64,000 nucleotides of DNA, taken from NCBI GenBank assembly GCA_964016885.1, contig OZ024747.1, positions 36,766,001-36,830,000 on the forward strand. The letters run 5' to 3'. The notes beneath the pieces are model-generated. The model searched no databases. It saw only the letters and a program-made list of their open reading frames with translations, and was not told where the DNA came from. Both the position numbers and the translations under genes were made by a program. Below are positions 1-11,689 of this stretch, piece after piece; the first letter of the stretch is position 1; every line of letters starts with the position of its first letter. The stretch comes from Eledone cirrhosa. Its lineage: Eukaryota.

Positions 1-558
1 AACAGAAACCACCTGCATTCATTCTCTGGAACACACTTTCTTTCCTGCTGTCATGTGATTGCAAACCTGTGAACTATATTTTGTACATTTGAACTTTGAG
101 CTCTTCTCTTACTTTATTACATTGTATCTTTGGGTGATGGATAGATAGATGTCCAGTCGTTCTCTGGCCAAGAGCGGTTGGCTACCTTGATATCTATCAT
201 TGATTTTTGCAAACATTCTTTTGTCGTAATTTTCATGCCTGTTACAACATTCTCGACAACTTGCTACATATTTCATTCGATTTTTATATTCTAAAATTCT
301 GGCGGGAGGTTATGTAGCAGTGGCCTCCCTTGTTGTGACTCACAACCCCAATAGATTAACAACATCTAGACGGGTAGTAGAACCCTTTCTGTAACTTCCG
401 GTCAGAACCCTATAAAACTAACAACTTTAAGTTCTCACTCTCTCATTAGCCCTTCCGGCGCCTGGCCTTCGCCAGGCGTCTTCTGCCAGCCTGCGTTTGC
501 CTGGCAATCAAAACGGTAACTACTAACTTTGCTTCATTCTTTCGTTTATTCATTGACA
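1..558 (+). mobile_element. 3' end of a Gypsy-like LTR retrotransposon: PPT followed by a probable LTR (313-~558)
   Basis: TCTAAAATTCTGGCGGGAGGTTA|TGTAG at ~290-317 closely parallels the PPT/LTR junction TCTAAAAATCTGGTGGGAGACCA|TGTAG at 6122-6149. TATAAAA at 411, possible CA end at 558. The right boundary is uncertain. Confidence 0.45.
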
Positions 559-1276
559 TGTCAACTATACTGTTAAATTGTTGATTAAATATTATACACA
601 CAAACCATGTCTCCTTGTTACATTCATACAACCCAGTATCTTCGCTATAGATATAAAGGGTACAGAAAGTCATATTCTAGTGCCGTGTGCTAATTTTAGG
701 CAACAGATGAGTACAAGGATAAGTAGATAAGGAGAATAAAGTGAATAAATAAATAAATAAAATGCAGTCATACCCAGGGTGGTAATTGTGGGAGTATAAA
801 TGGAAGTAAATAAGAACATATCGAAGAAATCATAATACAGAAGAAATAAAATACAGATCAAGGTGTAGCAAATAATTAATAGAAAGCACGGTTGGAGAAT
901 ACATAGATAGAGAGGATGGAAGAGTAGGAGTGGTAGTAGGTGATACTTAGTGTAGGCTCGAGTATTAATTTTCAATGTGAATCCCAAAACCTTGAAATAT
1001 TCGATAGAAATTCAGTCAATACAAGACAGAGTATAATATGTTGATTGTTCGAAGAACAATGAATATAATAGACTATAAGCCTATAATAGACTATAAGCCT
1101 ATAAGCCTATAAGTACACTATAAGCCTACGCTCCTTCACCACAAGGACATAAGAAGACTTAATCATCATTTGAGGGCGGTTGACCGGGCTAGAAGCTGCT
1201 AAATGTTCGGCCGTCTCATTTATCTGCTTTTCAGCTCCCTGTATTTTGTCTATTATATTCCTTTGCTATATTTCGA

Positions 1277-1334
1277 ATACCTGATGATGTCACCGGATTC
1301 ATACTGAACCCGATCATTGAAATGATCATAGTAA
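1277..1334 (+). ncRNA. Minimal type I hammerhead ribozyme motif (more degenerate copy)
   Basis: ATAC-CTGATGA-(stem II, mismatched)-GAAA-TGATCA-TA-GTAA. Confidence 0.6.
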
Positions 1335-3322
1335 AATAAACCTTTTAAGGAATTACACCAGTCCAGCCTCCTGTTATTTTATAATAATTCACTCCGTGCT
1401 CGCACCACCAACTACACAAACGAAGACTGGTGAGTTGGATTACGTCGAGTGCTCTCCATAATATTACATCGAGTTTGACCATACGGAATGACCAGCTCTA
1501 CCCTGTGGTGAACCAACAAACCTAAATAAATATTGCTCCGGGAAATGTCGAGCGCTTTCATATGTAATAATGAACAGGGGCCCTGATACCAGTGTACAGC
1601 TATCGCCAGCATGGGACTAACTACACACCATTCTGATTTTGGCTGCATTAAGCGTTGTCTACCGCCCACCTGGACCATGGATTGCTGCCTCCCTGTCGTG
1701 AATATTCAGACTCCGTCAGACCTCATATATTCTTCAAACAATCAACATATTCTCCTACATCCTGTATTATATTGACTGAATTCTCTATCCTATATTTCAG
1801 GGCCTTTGGGATTTACATTGAAAATTAAGACTCGAACCAACACTAGGTATCACCTGATAACTCTCCAACTCTTCCATCCTCTATATATATATATGTATAA
1901 CCTTGTATTCTCCAACCGTGCTATATATTGCCCATTTAATGCACCTTGATCTGTATTTTATTTCTTCCGTATTTTGATTTCTTCGATATGTTCTTATATA
2001 CTTCCATTTTACTCCCTCCATTACCACCCTAGGTATGACTGCATTTTATTTATGTATTTTCCTTGTTTTTATTTATGTATTTATTTATTCGCTTTACTCT
2101 CCTTATATACGTATCCTTGTATTCATTAACACACGACCCTAGAATATTACTCTCTGTACTCTTTACATCTGTTTATCTTTATTCACTCCCACTACCCACT
2201 CAAGATTCGCACTACATATAACCCGGACTAACTGGGACTAAATATAGTCTATTGACACATTTCATAAGATTTTTCCACTTTTAAACTTCACATCACGGGT
2301 GTGAATAACTAATAATCGTTTGGTACATGCAATGATCCGACGGATGTGACGGCTTTCCCGACTGCACACCAGACGCTCGGGTCGATCAGCCTTCCTAGAG
2401 TGCTTGGAAAAATAAATTTCCCCTTCTTTCGGTAAACGAAAATACTCGGACGGCTGTTTCACCCAGATTGGAATCCACCGTGCAACCGGTTATTGACCGC
2501 CAAATAGTCCCTTTAAATTCTAGGCTTACTCATAACTAGTAACTTTATCATGCATCCTTCTACTAGCACCCAACAGTGTGAATAATTAGTAATCGCTAGG
2601 TATATACGATAGCCAGCTGACGGTGGCGGACTTCCCGCTAACACACCCGACACTTAAAACACAGTGCTCGGAAAAATAAATGTCCCTTTCTTTCGCTAGA
2701 CGAAAATACTCGGAACGGTTGACACACCGTTGGGCCGCGCGCTGGCCGGAGGTTTGCAACGTCGCTGGTTAATGTCCGCTAAGCATGGGCTTAATCTTTA
2801 CTCTATATTCCACCCTGTAACAATATCGTGACTATCTATAATACACTTATACTTTTTCATAAAAGCCTCCCTCTGTAAATTCTTTAACTAACTCTCCCAA
2901 CTTTAAACCTAAACCTTATTTTTCTAATGTCATCATAAATGGCATCTTTTAACTCTAAACATAAATTTAACGTTTCTAGTTGTTAATCGTAATTTCTGAC
3001 CATACAATATACTGTGCTGACGCCATATATGTATCTCTGTAAAGGAAATATCTTGTTTGAAAAAATATTTTTCGCGGCAGTTTCTAGCATTCATGACCAG
3101 CTTGAATGTAACCTGCTCTCACCGCTGGCTTCTGTCTTTGAGGGGGTGGTAGTAGTACACTGTAAGCCTACGCCCCTTCACCACAAAGACATGAGAAGAC
3201 CTAATAATCATCACTTGAGGGTGGTTGACTGGTCTATAAGCTGCTAAATGTTCGGCCGCCCTCATGTCTCTGATTTTCAGCCCCATGAATTTTGTCTATT
3301 ATATTCCTTTGTTATATTTCGA

Positions 3323-3380
3323 ATACCTGATGATGTCACCGGATTCATATTTAATCCGGTCATTGAAATGATCATAGTAT
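3323..3380 (+). ncRNA. Minimal type I hammerhead ribozyme motif
   Basis: Stem I ATAC/GTAT, core CTGATGA, stem II including ACCGGATT/AATCCGGT, GAAA, palindromic stem III ATGATCAT, AUA cleavage triplet, then AATAAA. Confidence 0.75.
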
Positions 3381-3420
3381 AATAAACCTTTTAAGGAATT
3401 AGACCAGTCCAGCCTCCTAT

Positions 3421-3422
<2 letters not shown>

Positions 3423-3516
<94 letters not shown>

Positions 3517-3529
3517 AGAGAGAGAGAGA

Positions 3530-3592
<63 letters not shown>
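3423..3592. repeat. (TA)n-(GA)n compound microsatellite
   Basis: Directly visible. Confidence 0.98.
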
Positions 3593-3596
<4 letters not shown>

Positions 3597-4020
3597 GCGG
3601 AACAAGTAAACTTTGAACATTATTAGTACCTATGGGGATATTAATCTCATTTTATATATATTCTCCCATGTGGAGAGAAAAGAACGTTGTACCTAGCTGC
3701 TATTTTTAGTAGTGTGACATACAAGTCTATAATATTCCAGCTTTCACTAGACGACCGGTTCACGTGTAGGTCATTTTAAATGGCCCACTCGATCTTTCAC
3801 TAGCTGGCAGTAGACGATGTATTTGCTTGCTGTGGGACTTTACGTCCAATAGAATGGAAATAGCTTTCTGGAGAGCCGATCTTTCCATTGGAAGTCCTTT
3901 GGATTTCCAATCTTTTGTGAGGCCAAACCGTCGGTAAAAAAAATTTGGACAGGTGAATATTTAAATTGTATTTTAACTTATTTTAAAAGAATGTTTCAAG
4001 TTTACTTGTTCCGCTTATCT
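3591..4020. repeat. ~31-bp inverted repeats flanking ~370 bp (MITE-like or inverted pLTR fragment)
   Basis: AGATGAGCGGAACAAGTAAACTTTGAACATT vs AATGTTTCAAGTTTACTTGTTCCGCTTATCT. ~3624-3660 also recurs directly at ~4314-4350. Confidence 0.55.
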
Positions 4021-4051
4021 CAATTTTATAGTTCTGGTATCTCAAATTAAT

Positions 4052-4241
4052 TGTTTCTACTTTAGGCACTAGGCCAGCAATTACCCAGTGCATTACTGGT
4101 ACTTTATTTTATCGACCCCGTAAGGATGAAAGGCAAAGTCAACCTCGGCGGGATTTGAACTCAGATCGTAAAGGGACGTAACTATGCTGGAAAGCATGGC
4201 GTCCGACCCTCTACCGATACTGCCAATCCACCGCCCTAGTA
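4052..4241 (-). mobile_element. tRNA-derived SINE with 19-bp target-site duplication
   Basis: A-box (TGGCAGTATCGGTAG) and B-box (GAGTTCAAATCC) on the minus strand. TSD TCTGGTATCTCAAATTAAT at 4033-4051 and 4242-4260. Many copies in the window. Confidence 0.9.
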
Positions 4242-4341
4242 TCTGGTATCTCAAATTAATACCATTGAAAAATAACTGTATTATAGACACCCTATATATT
4301 TCCGTGGGTACCTAGTACCTGTGGGAATATTAATTTCATTT

Positions 4342-4344
<3 letters not shown>

Positions 4345-4399
<55 letters not shown>

Positions 4400-4591
4400 T
4401 GTATATGTATAATATATATATACATATATAATATTATATATATAATGCATATGTATAATATATATACATATATAATATATATAATATATATATATACATA
4501 TATATAATATAATATATATAATACATATATATAATATATATATATATACACATATATAATATATATATGTATATAATATATATATATATAC

Positions 4592-4656
<65 letters not shown>

Positions 4657-4666
4657 TATATACATA
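4345..4666. repeat. Degenerate (TA)n microsatellite
   Basis: Directly visible. Confidence 0.95.
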
Positions 4667-5051
4667 TGTAGAAGATCACGCCATCTAGCGTCGACTGTGA
4701 AGACAGTCGATTAACTGCCCTTAATTCTGACGTCACGTTCTGACGTCAGTAGCTGAAACAATATTTATTAAACGATGTTCTCCTCGTAGTAAATAGACGT
4801 GCTATCTCTATCGTGTTATCTCTATGCAGTGATCCAAAGGATGACATCACACCATGCGCCAGTATACGATGACTTAAATATATCCCAACCTAGGAGCACT
4901 AAATTATTTGAATATATTCTGCAATTGCTCCTATATAAAAAATGTTTTTATAACATAAAATTGAGGTATGTTCCTTCTTCCTTCTTTGACTATGTGCTAG
5001 TAAACAATATCCAATTAGACGGGATGGCTGACGACCATCGCCCGCCTAAAG

Positions 5052-5069
5052 TGGTGACCCCGACGTGAT
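5052..5069 (+). promoter_or_regulatory. Primer-binding site complementary to the tRNA-Trp 3' end
   Basis: TGGTGACCCCGACGTGAT is the reverse complement of the eukaryotic tRNA-Trp end ATCACGTCGGGGTCACCA, and lies directly after the 5' LTR. Confidence 0.9.
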
Positions 5070-5295
5070 CATCGTTTAATAAATATTGTTTCAGCTACTG
5101 ATGTCACATTCTGACGTCAGTAGCTGAAACAATATTTATTAAACGATGATCTCCTCGGGGTAAATAGACGTGCTATCTCTATGCAGTGATCCAAAGGATG
5201 ACATCACACCATGCGGCAGTATATGACGACTTAAATATATCCCAACCTAGGAGCACTAAAGTATTTGAATATATGCTGTAATTGCTCCTATATAA

Positions 5296-5408
5296 ATAAT
5301 TGTTTCTACTTTAGGCACAAGGCCAGCAATTACCCAGCGCATTACTGGTACTTTATTTTATCGACCCCGTAAGGATGAAAGGCAAAATCAACCTCGGCGG
5401 GATTTGAA
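5296..5408 (-). mobile_element. 5'-truncated SINE copy inside the Gypsy element
   Basis: Matches the SINE 3' two-thirds up to the B-box. Confidence 0.85.
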
Positions 5409-5516
5409 CATATAAATAATGTTTATTATATAGGAGCAATTACAGAATATATTCAATTTTCCAGTTCGCTTTCCTACGTATCCCGTCTGCGTTCTTATTT
5501 TCAGGACCTGCCACCG

Positions 5517-5740
5517 ATGGATACGAGGAAGCAAACTCTAAAATCTGCAGACCAGAGGGATATTGCCTCGTGGACCCATGTGTTCGTAAGACACGACGCT
5601 GTGAGACCACCTCTCACACAACCGTACTCTAGACCCTACCGTGTGTTGGCTCGTTCTGATAAACATTTCACTGTAGACATTAAGGGATCGAGAGAGACCA
5701 TTGCGGTTGATAGACTTAAACGGGCCCACACAGATGCTCC
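5517..5740 (+). pseudogene. Gypsy integrase C-terminal (GPY/F-like) fragment
   Basis: THVFVRHDAVRPPLTQPYSRPYRVLARSDKHFTVDIKGSRETIAVDRLKRAH. Confidence 0.8.
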
Positions 5741-6962
5741 CACACCCCATCTTTCTCTTTTGCACACCCACCTGTTTCTTTGCCTCTCCCCTCTCCATCA
5801 CCAAGATATAAGACTACTAGCCGTTCCGGTCGGAGGGTTCATTGGCCAAAAAAACTGTGTAGCATGGTATATTCTTAAACTGCTATCGTGCGGTGCTTTA
5901 ATCCTGTAGTGACTATTGGAACTTTTAGGAAATTGTATTTACATTTTATTACATTTGTCTTTTCGTTTCACGTTCTTGCTTGCTTGTTTAATATGTATTT
6001 TTGAAATTTGTTGTGCCCTTCATGCTCGGTTGGGCTGATTGCTCCTTGGTTTGGGATTTTGGCTGGTTGCTAATCGGTTTTTCTACATACATGATTCGAT
6101 GAACCTATTTTTATTTAATTTTCTAAAAATCTGGTGGGAGACCATGTAGAAGATCACGCCATCTAGCGTCGACTGTGAAGGCAGCCGATTAACTGCCCTC
6201 GGTTCTGACGTCATTAGCTGAAACAATATTTATTAAACGATGATCTCCTCGGGGTAAAAAGACGTGCTATCTCTATCGTGCTATCTCTATGCAGTGATTC
6301 AAAGGATGACATCACACCATGTGGCAGTATACGACGACTTAAATAAATCCCAACCTAGGAGCACTAAAGTATTTGAATATATTCTGTAATTGCTCCTATA
6401 TAAAAAAATGTTTTTATAACATAAAATTGAGGTATGTTCCTTCTTCCTTCTTTGACTATGTGCCAGTAAACAATATCCAATTAGACGGGATGGCTGACGA
6501 CCATCGCCCGCCTAAACATATATATATATTATATATATATTATATACATATATGTATATTTCAACTATAATATATATATATATAATAGTTGAAACAGAAA
6601 ACAAAAACAAAAAAACAAAGCGAAGAGGCAGTACAAAGTGCTAATATTAGGTCCACGCTTTAGAATGGGGGTGGGGACGAAGTTTCGTGTATAAAGAGAA
6701 AAGTGGGCAGGAAAAGAGTTCCGAGTGTGTAAGGGGGAATGTTGGAAAGATATTAAAGGGAGGAAGAGGATGAAAAAAAATGTTTAGATGGTAAAAAGAA
6801 TTTAAATGATCAAGTGTGAGGCGTGTGGGGTGGTGGTGGGCGGACGGAGGGGGAGAGGGGAGAGGGAGACAGGGTGTCCGATCGGGGAGGGCGGAAGTTA
6901 GTGTGTGTGTATGTTTGTAAGTGTACGTGTGTGCGTGTGAGTGTGGATGTTAATGTGAGCGT

Positions 6963-9047
6963 TTGGGAAAGAACGAGGTTCCACGTTCGGGTAATAGGGA
7001 AACCAGTGTGTACATGGGGTGGGGTGTAAATCAGTGTGTGTGTGCGTGTGGATGGATAGGGGTCAAAGGGGGTGAGGGAGAGGGACCGTGTGGAGTCAGT
7101 ATGAGTGAGTGTAATGTACTGGTGTGTGAAGATTTTATTAGCAGACCCTCAGTTAGGCTTATCTGCCCCTCCAAGTCTGACCTGGGGATTATTAGTAAGG
7201 GAATCTTGGATAGCGTTATTCCCCTGGTTAGAGAAAAAACTTTCCTTGAGCTTTGGGGTAACACTAGTGAGGTCATTACGTGGTTCTCTACGGATTGTGG
7301 TCGTGACTCACTAAAATTCATCCAATTTGATATTGATGCTTATTATACATCTATATCTCCTATTATCCTCAATAAGGCCCTCATCCTAGCCATGCAGAGG
7401 GGGGCAATTACTAGGCCACAGATAGATATTGTTCTCGCTGCACGTAAAACCATTATCATGTTTGAGGATAATCTATGGACGAGAAAAAACACACCTGATA
7501 ATTTTGACATTACTATGGGGTCGAGTGACTCTGCTCAAGTCACCGACTTAGTTGGACTATACCTCCTCAATGAACTGCATAGTAACTTCCCTTTCCTTAG
7601 GGGCGGGTTGTACCGGGATGACGCCCTACTCTCCATAGATACTAGTAAGTATAATATAGTGCGCATTAGGAAAAATCTGCATAGCTTTTTTAAAACATTT
7701 AACCTATCCATTACTATGGATGTAAATGATAGAACTGTGAACTTCCTAGATGTTACACTGGACTTGGATAACCATACGTACACACCGTACCATAAGCCCA
7801 ATGAATTGCTGACTTATGTGAATACCAACTCCAACCACCCTAGGTCTGTCATCAGCGGTATACTGAAGGGCGTATCTAACAGAATAAGTTCACTCTCACA
7901 TAGTGAGGAGGCGTTTGACTCGCAGGCTGATTACTATAACGACGCCTTAGCTAGATCCGGCTTTAGGGACAAATTGTATTACACCCAGGGAAATAATGGT
8001 CCTAATAGTAGCTCTACCAGTGTTGTTATAACACATAATATGTCCATTGGTAATCGAGGTGTCGCGAATGGGAGGGTTCTAAATGCCGGTGGAATGAAAC
8101 AGCAGGGCACCATTAGTCTAAGTAATAACAATAGAGGTGTCGCGAACGGGAGGTTTCTAGATGCCAGTGGAATGAACCAGCAGGGCACCATTAGTCTAAG
8201 TAATAGCAATGGTAGGCCTCGCAGCTCCGCGCATAGACTAGGTGAGCATAGGAACCGTAGAAATAGTAATGCTAATAATACTGATGGAAATAGAAAGAAT
8301 AAAAAGAATAGAAGAAGATTGAATACATACTTCAACCCCCCTTTTAATTCTGAAGTGGCTATAAATATTCCTAGGGCCTTCTTCTCTGTGCTAGAATGGA
8401 ACTTCCCTCCTGGTAATAGGTACCACTCTATCCTCAATAAGAATGTTGTTAAACTTTCGTATTCTACAACCCAAAATCTGGCCTCTCATCTGGCCATTAC
8501 TAATAATAAGAAAATAAAGGAAGGCCTGGACAACCTAAGCCTAGGGGAAAACACGGTAGTGGATAGAGTGGGCAGAAACACTGGTGGTGATCTTTCTGAG
8601 AATAGCATCACCAGAGGTTGTAACTGTAGAAGGGCTTCAGGCTGCCCCCTGAATGGTTTCTGCCTTGTTAGAAACATAGTTTATGCGTGTGATGTGGTAA
8701 CTACGGCGTCCACTAGGACCTATATAGGATTAACCTCCACCCCCTTTAAGACCAGGTTTAACTCTCATCAATGCACTTTTAGACATAATAAACTGAGGAA
8801 CTCCACCTCCTTGGCAGCGTACGTCCATAATTTAAAAAATGCACGAACACGTTACACACTTACTTGGCGGCAGGTTGCTAAATCCCATCCATATACTCCT
8901 CATAGTAGAGTATGTAACCTGTGCCTTGCCGAATCCCACTCTATTATATTTGCTAAATGCCCTCTACTAAATAGAAAGTCTGAAATTTTTTCCTCTTGCC
9001 CCCACCGAATATTAAGCTCTTTCTTCTACTTTAAACCTGTTAGCTAG
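6963..9047 (+). CDS. Penelope-like element ORF: reverse transcriptase + GIY-YIG endonuclease (5'-truncated; homology starts ~7140)
   Basis: FIQFDIDAYY, ITMGSSDSAQ, GLYRDD, VNFLDVTLDL, PYHKPN..YVN..SNHP, Cys linker CNC..CPL.G.C, IVY...TYIGLT..FKTRF..H, CNLCLAE..I, LLNRKSE...CPH. Open frame of 694 codons. Confidence 0.93.
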   Translation: MGKNEVPRSGNRETSVYMGWGVNQCVCACGWIGVKGGEGEGPCGVSMSECNVLVCEDFISRPSVRLICPSKSDLGIISKGILDSVIPLVREKTFLELWGNTSEVITWFSTDCGRDSLKFIQFDIDAYYTSISPIILNKALILAMQRGAITRPQIDIVLAARKTIIMFEDNLWTRKNTPDNFDITMGSSDSAQVTDLVGLYLLNELHSNFPFLRGGLYRDDALLSIDTSKYNIVRIRKNLHSFFKTFNLSITMDVNDRTVNFLDVTLDLDNHTYTPYHKPNELLTYVNTNSNHPRSVISGILKGVSNRISSLSHSEEAFDSQADYYNDALARSGFRDKLYYTQGNNGPNSSSTSVVITHNMSIGNRGVANGRVLNAGGMKQQGTISLSNNNRGVANGRFLDASGMNQQGTISLSNSNGRPRSSAHRLGEHRNRRNSNANNTDGNRKNKKNRRRLNTYFNPPFNSEVAINIPRAFFSVLEWNFPPGNRYHSILNKNVVKLSYSTTQNLASHLAITNNKKIKEGLDNLSLGENTVVDRVGRNTGGDLSENSITRGCNCRRASGCPLNGFCLVRNIVYACDVVTTASTRTYIGLTSTPFKTRFNSHQCTFRHNKLRNSTSLAAYVHNLKNARTRYTLTWRQVAKSHPYTPHSRVCNLCLAESHSIIFAKCPLLNRKSEIFSSCPHRILSSFFYFKPVS

Positions 9048-11430
9048 CACTTCCTTATTCCTCCAGTTGGGCTGTCTTGTGTAACTGTCTCTGACTGTGT
9101 GTAACTGTCTCCTATTGTTGGTCGTCTACGTATACGAGTCGGTGAATGTATACGTATGCCTGTGGGAGGATATTGATCTTGATATTGGGGTGTGCAGGGG
9201 AGTGTATGTTAATATGCACCCCTGTTTGGCACAGTGGATGTAACCCATCCACGCTGGCCTACCCACCATTAGTGCATTGGTGGACCTATCCTGACGTATA
9301 TCTTGTTGATCTGTACCTCTGTATGCGCATGAGTTGTGATGTAATGTATTTATGTAAAGCGTGTACTGCGATTCAGGCTGCACTAGTGGAAATTTAGCCT
9401 GTAACTGTGGGCGGACCCGTGCCATCCCGCCGTAAGCAGTGGATACGTGGCGCATATACGTGTTGCCCTCATATTCTGTGGTTCAAGATCTACAGGCTGA
9501 CCTCTGGGAGCTCTTACCCGGGGTTGTAGTCTTTCTAGCACGATCGGCCTTCCATATATTGACGGTCGTTTTTAAGATCCCGAAAGTAACGTTTTGGCCC
9601 CGATAGCCCTCCGTAGTTACTAACGGTCTGTGTACACTTGAATCGGTCAATGGCACGTGCGGACATGAATATCTCCGTAGGATTTCAACTTTATTTTACT
9701 ACATCTCATCGTATGTATTTGTTTTGATTGTATTACCTGTGGTAGTGGGTCTGGTCTAATGTGGTATTTCGATGTTTAATATCGGCTTTGACCCGGGTGT
9801 CCTACGCTGTGTGTGTGTGCGTGTGTGTCCGTGTATACATTTATATGTGTATGGGTGTAGGTGGTTGTATGTGTCTGTATATATATAAAAAAAATATATA
9901 TATATATATATGTATACCGTCTCTGCATATGCATGTGGTGTGTATACGTGCATATACGTGCTGAACATATTGATGTGTACAATCTTGTGATGTCCCAATG
10001 CGGTGACTTAATGGCTCTTGAAGCTATTTTTTATATATCTTCTGTCTTTTTATATATCTTTTTATATATATTTTGTATGCGCTACAACTGTGTCTGCTTG
10101 CTTTAACCCGCCTGCACCTTGCTTGCTAATGCACGTGAATTATTCTACCTCCTTCGATGCACCTCTCTCTGACCATTGGACTCCTGCCCGTGTGTGAACC
10201 GGTTTGTGATTACCCCACCGCTCAACTGTGTGAATGCACACCCATGACTTTCGAGTGAACTTTCGAGACTGCCCAACCTGGGACGCCTCCATTGCCTTGC
10301 AATGGTCAAGTGATACTGTTGACTGTGACACTTAGTGCCTTCGTGGGCCCCTGATGTTTTCAAGAAATATATTTTAAAAAATTGGTCAAGTGATACACAT
10401 AACTGTGACATTTAGTGCCTTCGTGGGCCCCTGATATATTCAAAAGATATATTCTAAAAAAATATATATCTTATCTCAATTTACTTTATTTCATTTTATT
10501 TTATTTCATTTCATGTTATCTAATCTTATTTATTTACTTACTTGACTCCATTTATTTATTTATTTATTTATTTAAATTTAAATTTGAATTTTAATTTTAA
10601 AATTTAAATTTAAATTTTATTTATTTATTTAATTTTTATTTATTTTTTTATATTTTATTTATTTTATTTATTTATTTTTTTTTTTTTTTATTTACTTTTT
10701 TTATTTATTTTTTTTTATTTTTTAATTTATTTATTTATTTATTTAATTACATTTAATTACATTTAATTATACATTTAATTATATCTTATATTATATTATT
10801 TTAATTTAGTCTATGTTATTTGATTTTAGTTTACCTTATTTTATCTTATTTTACGATTATATTATATTATGTTCTATGTATATAATTTTTAATTTTAATT
10901 TTATATTATTTTATTTCATTCCTTACCCTATATTTTATATTTTATATTTTATATGTAAGTTTGTTATGTATTTCTTTGTATTTCTTTATATTTTCTTATT
11001 TATATATATTATAAGTCTGTTTTTCACCTATTTTTTACCTACTCTTACCTAATCCCATCTATCTTATCTACTCTTGTCTGTTCTCTTATCCATGTGTCTA
11101 CTCTTGTCTGTTCTCTTATCCATGTGTATGCTTGTATGTAACTATATGTTGACAGCACCCCGCCCAACTGTGACTGATAGCACCCCTTATTTTTATTTTT
11201 ATTTTTATTTTTATTTTTATTTTTATTTTTATTTTTATTTTTACTTTTATTTTTATTCTTATCCTTTATCGTCTATTATTACCTTTCATTCTTCAATGTC
11301 TTGGATTTGTTATTGCTTGTATGGTATGTAATTAACCTTTATGCTCTGATGAGTCCCACTTATAGTGCGGATGAAGCAATGTTAGCAAGTAAAGATATGC
11401 ATATGCTATAGGCGTTCTTTGTTATTTATT
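9048..11430 (+). mobile_element. Long 3' region/pLTR of the PLE, ending in a hammerhead-like motif and (TA)n
   Basis: Follows the stop codon. T-rich, with internal tandem duplications (~10300-10460, ~11070-11125) and a hammerhead-like motif at 11342-11387. Confidence 0.55.
11342..11387 (+). ncRNA. Degenerate minimal hammerhead ribozyme motif
   Basis: TGCT-CTGATGA-GTCCCAC(TTATA)GTGCGGAT-GAAG-CAATG-TT-AGCA. Stem I is TGCT/AGCA, and GAAA is changed to GAAG. Confidence 0.6.
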
Positions 11431-11689
11431 ATATATATATATATATATACACACATACATATATAATACTAGCCGAATTACCCGCGCCTTGCTGCGTCTC
11501 ACACTTTTTTTGTAAGAAAATGAGGATTGATTTCAAATCAGTATTATAATTTATTTGAAAAAAACTCTACATTTCGATATTACTCAATGTAAAATGTAAT
11601 GCATGAAGAATTGGAAAACATTATTCTTTATAAACATATCAAATGAAAATTACATTATTAAATCTTATTCTTTTTTGTTTCTTGTAAAT

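Larger units (their letters stand above)
650..3422 (+). mobile_element. Degenerate Penelope-like element with inverted and direct pLTR segments
   Basis: ~650-1060 is an inverted copy of ~1740-2165. ~1110-1385 is a direct copy of ~3155-3422, and both copies contain a hammerhead motif followed by AATAAA. A faint GIY-YIG-like remnant (YVECS..YYI.LTIR, frameshifted) lies at ~1440-1490. The element ends on a (TA)n tract. Confidence 0.6.
4667..6518 (+). mobile_element. Internally deleted and rearranged Gypsy/Ty3 LTR retrotransposon
   Basis: LTRs at 4667-~5050 and 6145-6518 (TG...CA in the 3' copy), PBS at 5052-5069, PPT at ~6131-6144, integrase C-terminal fragment at ~5460-5740. Sits in a (TA)n tract. 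Confidence 0.9.
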
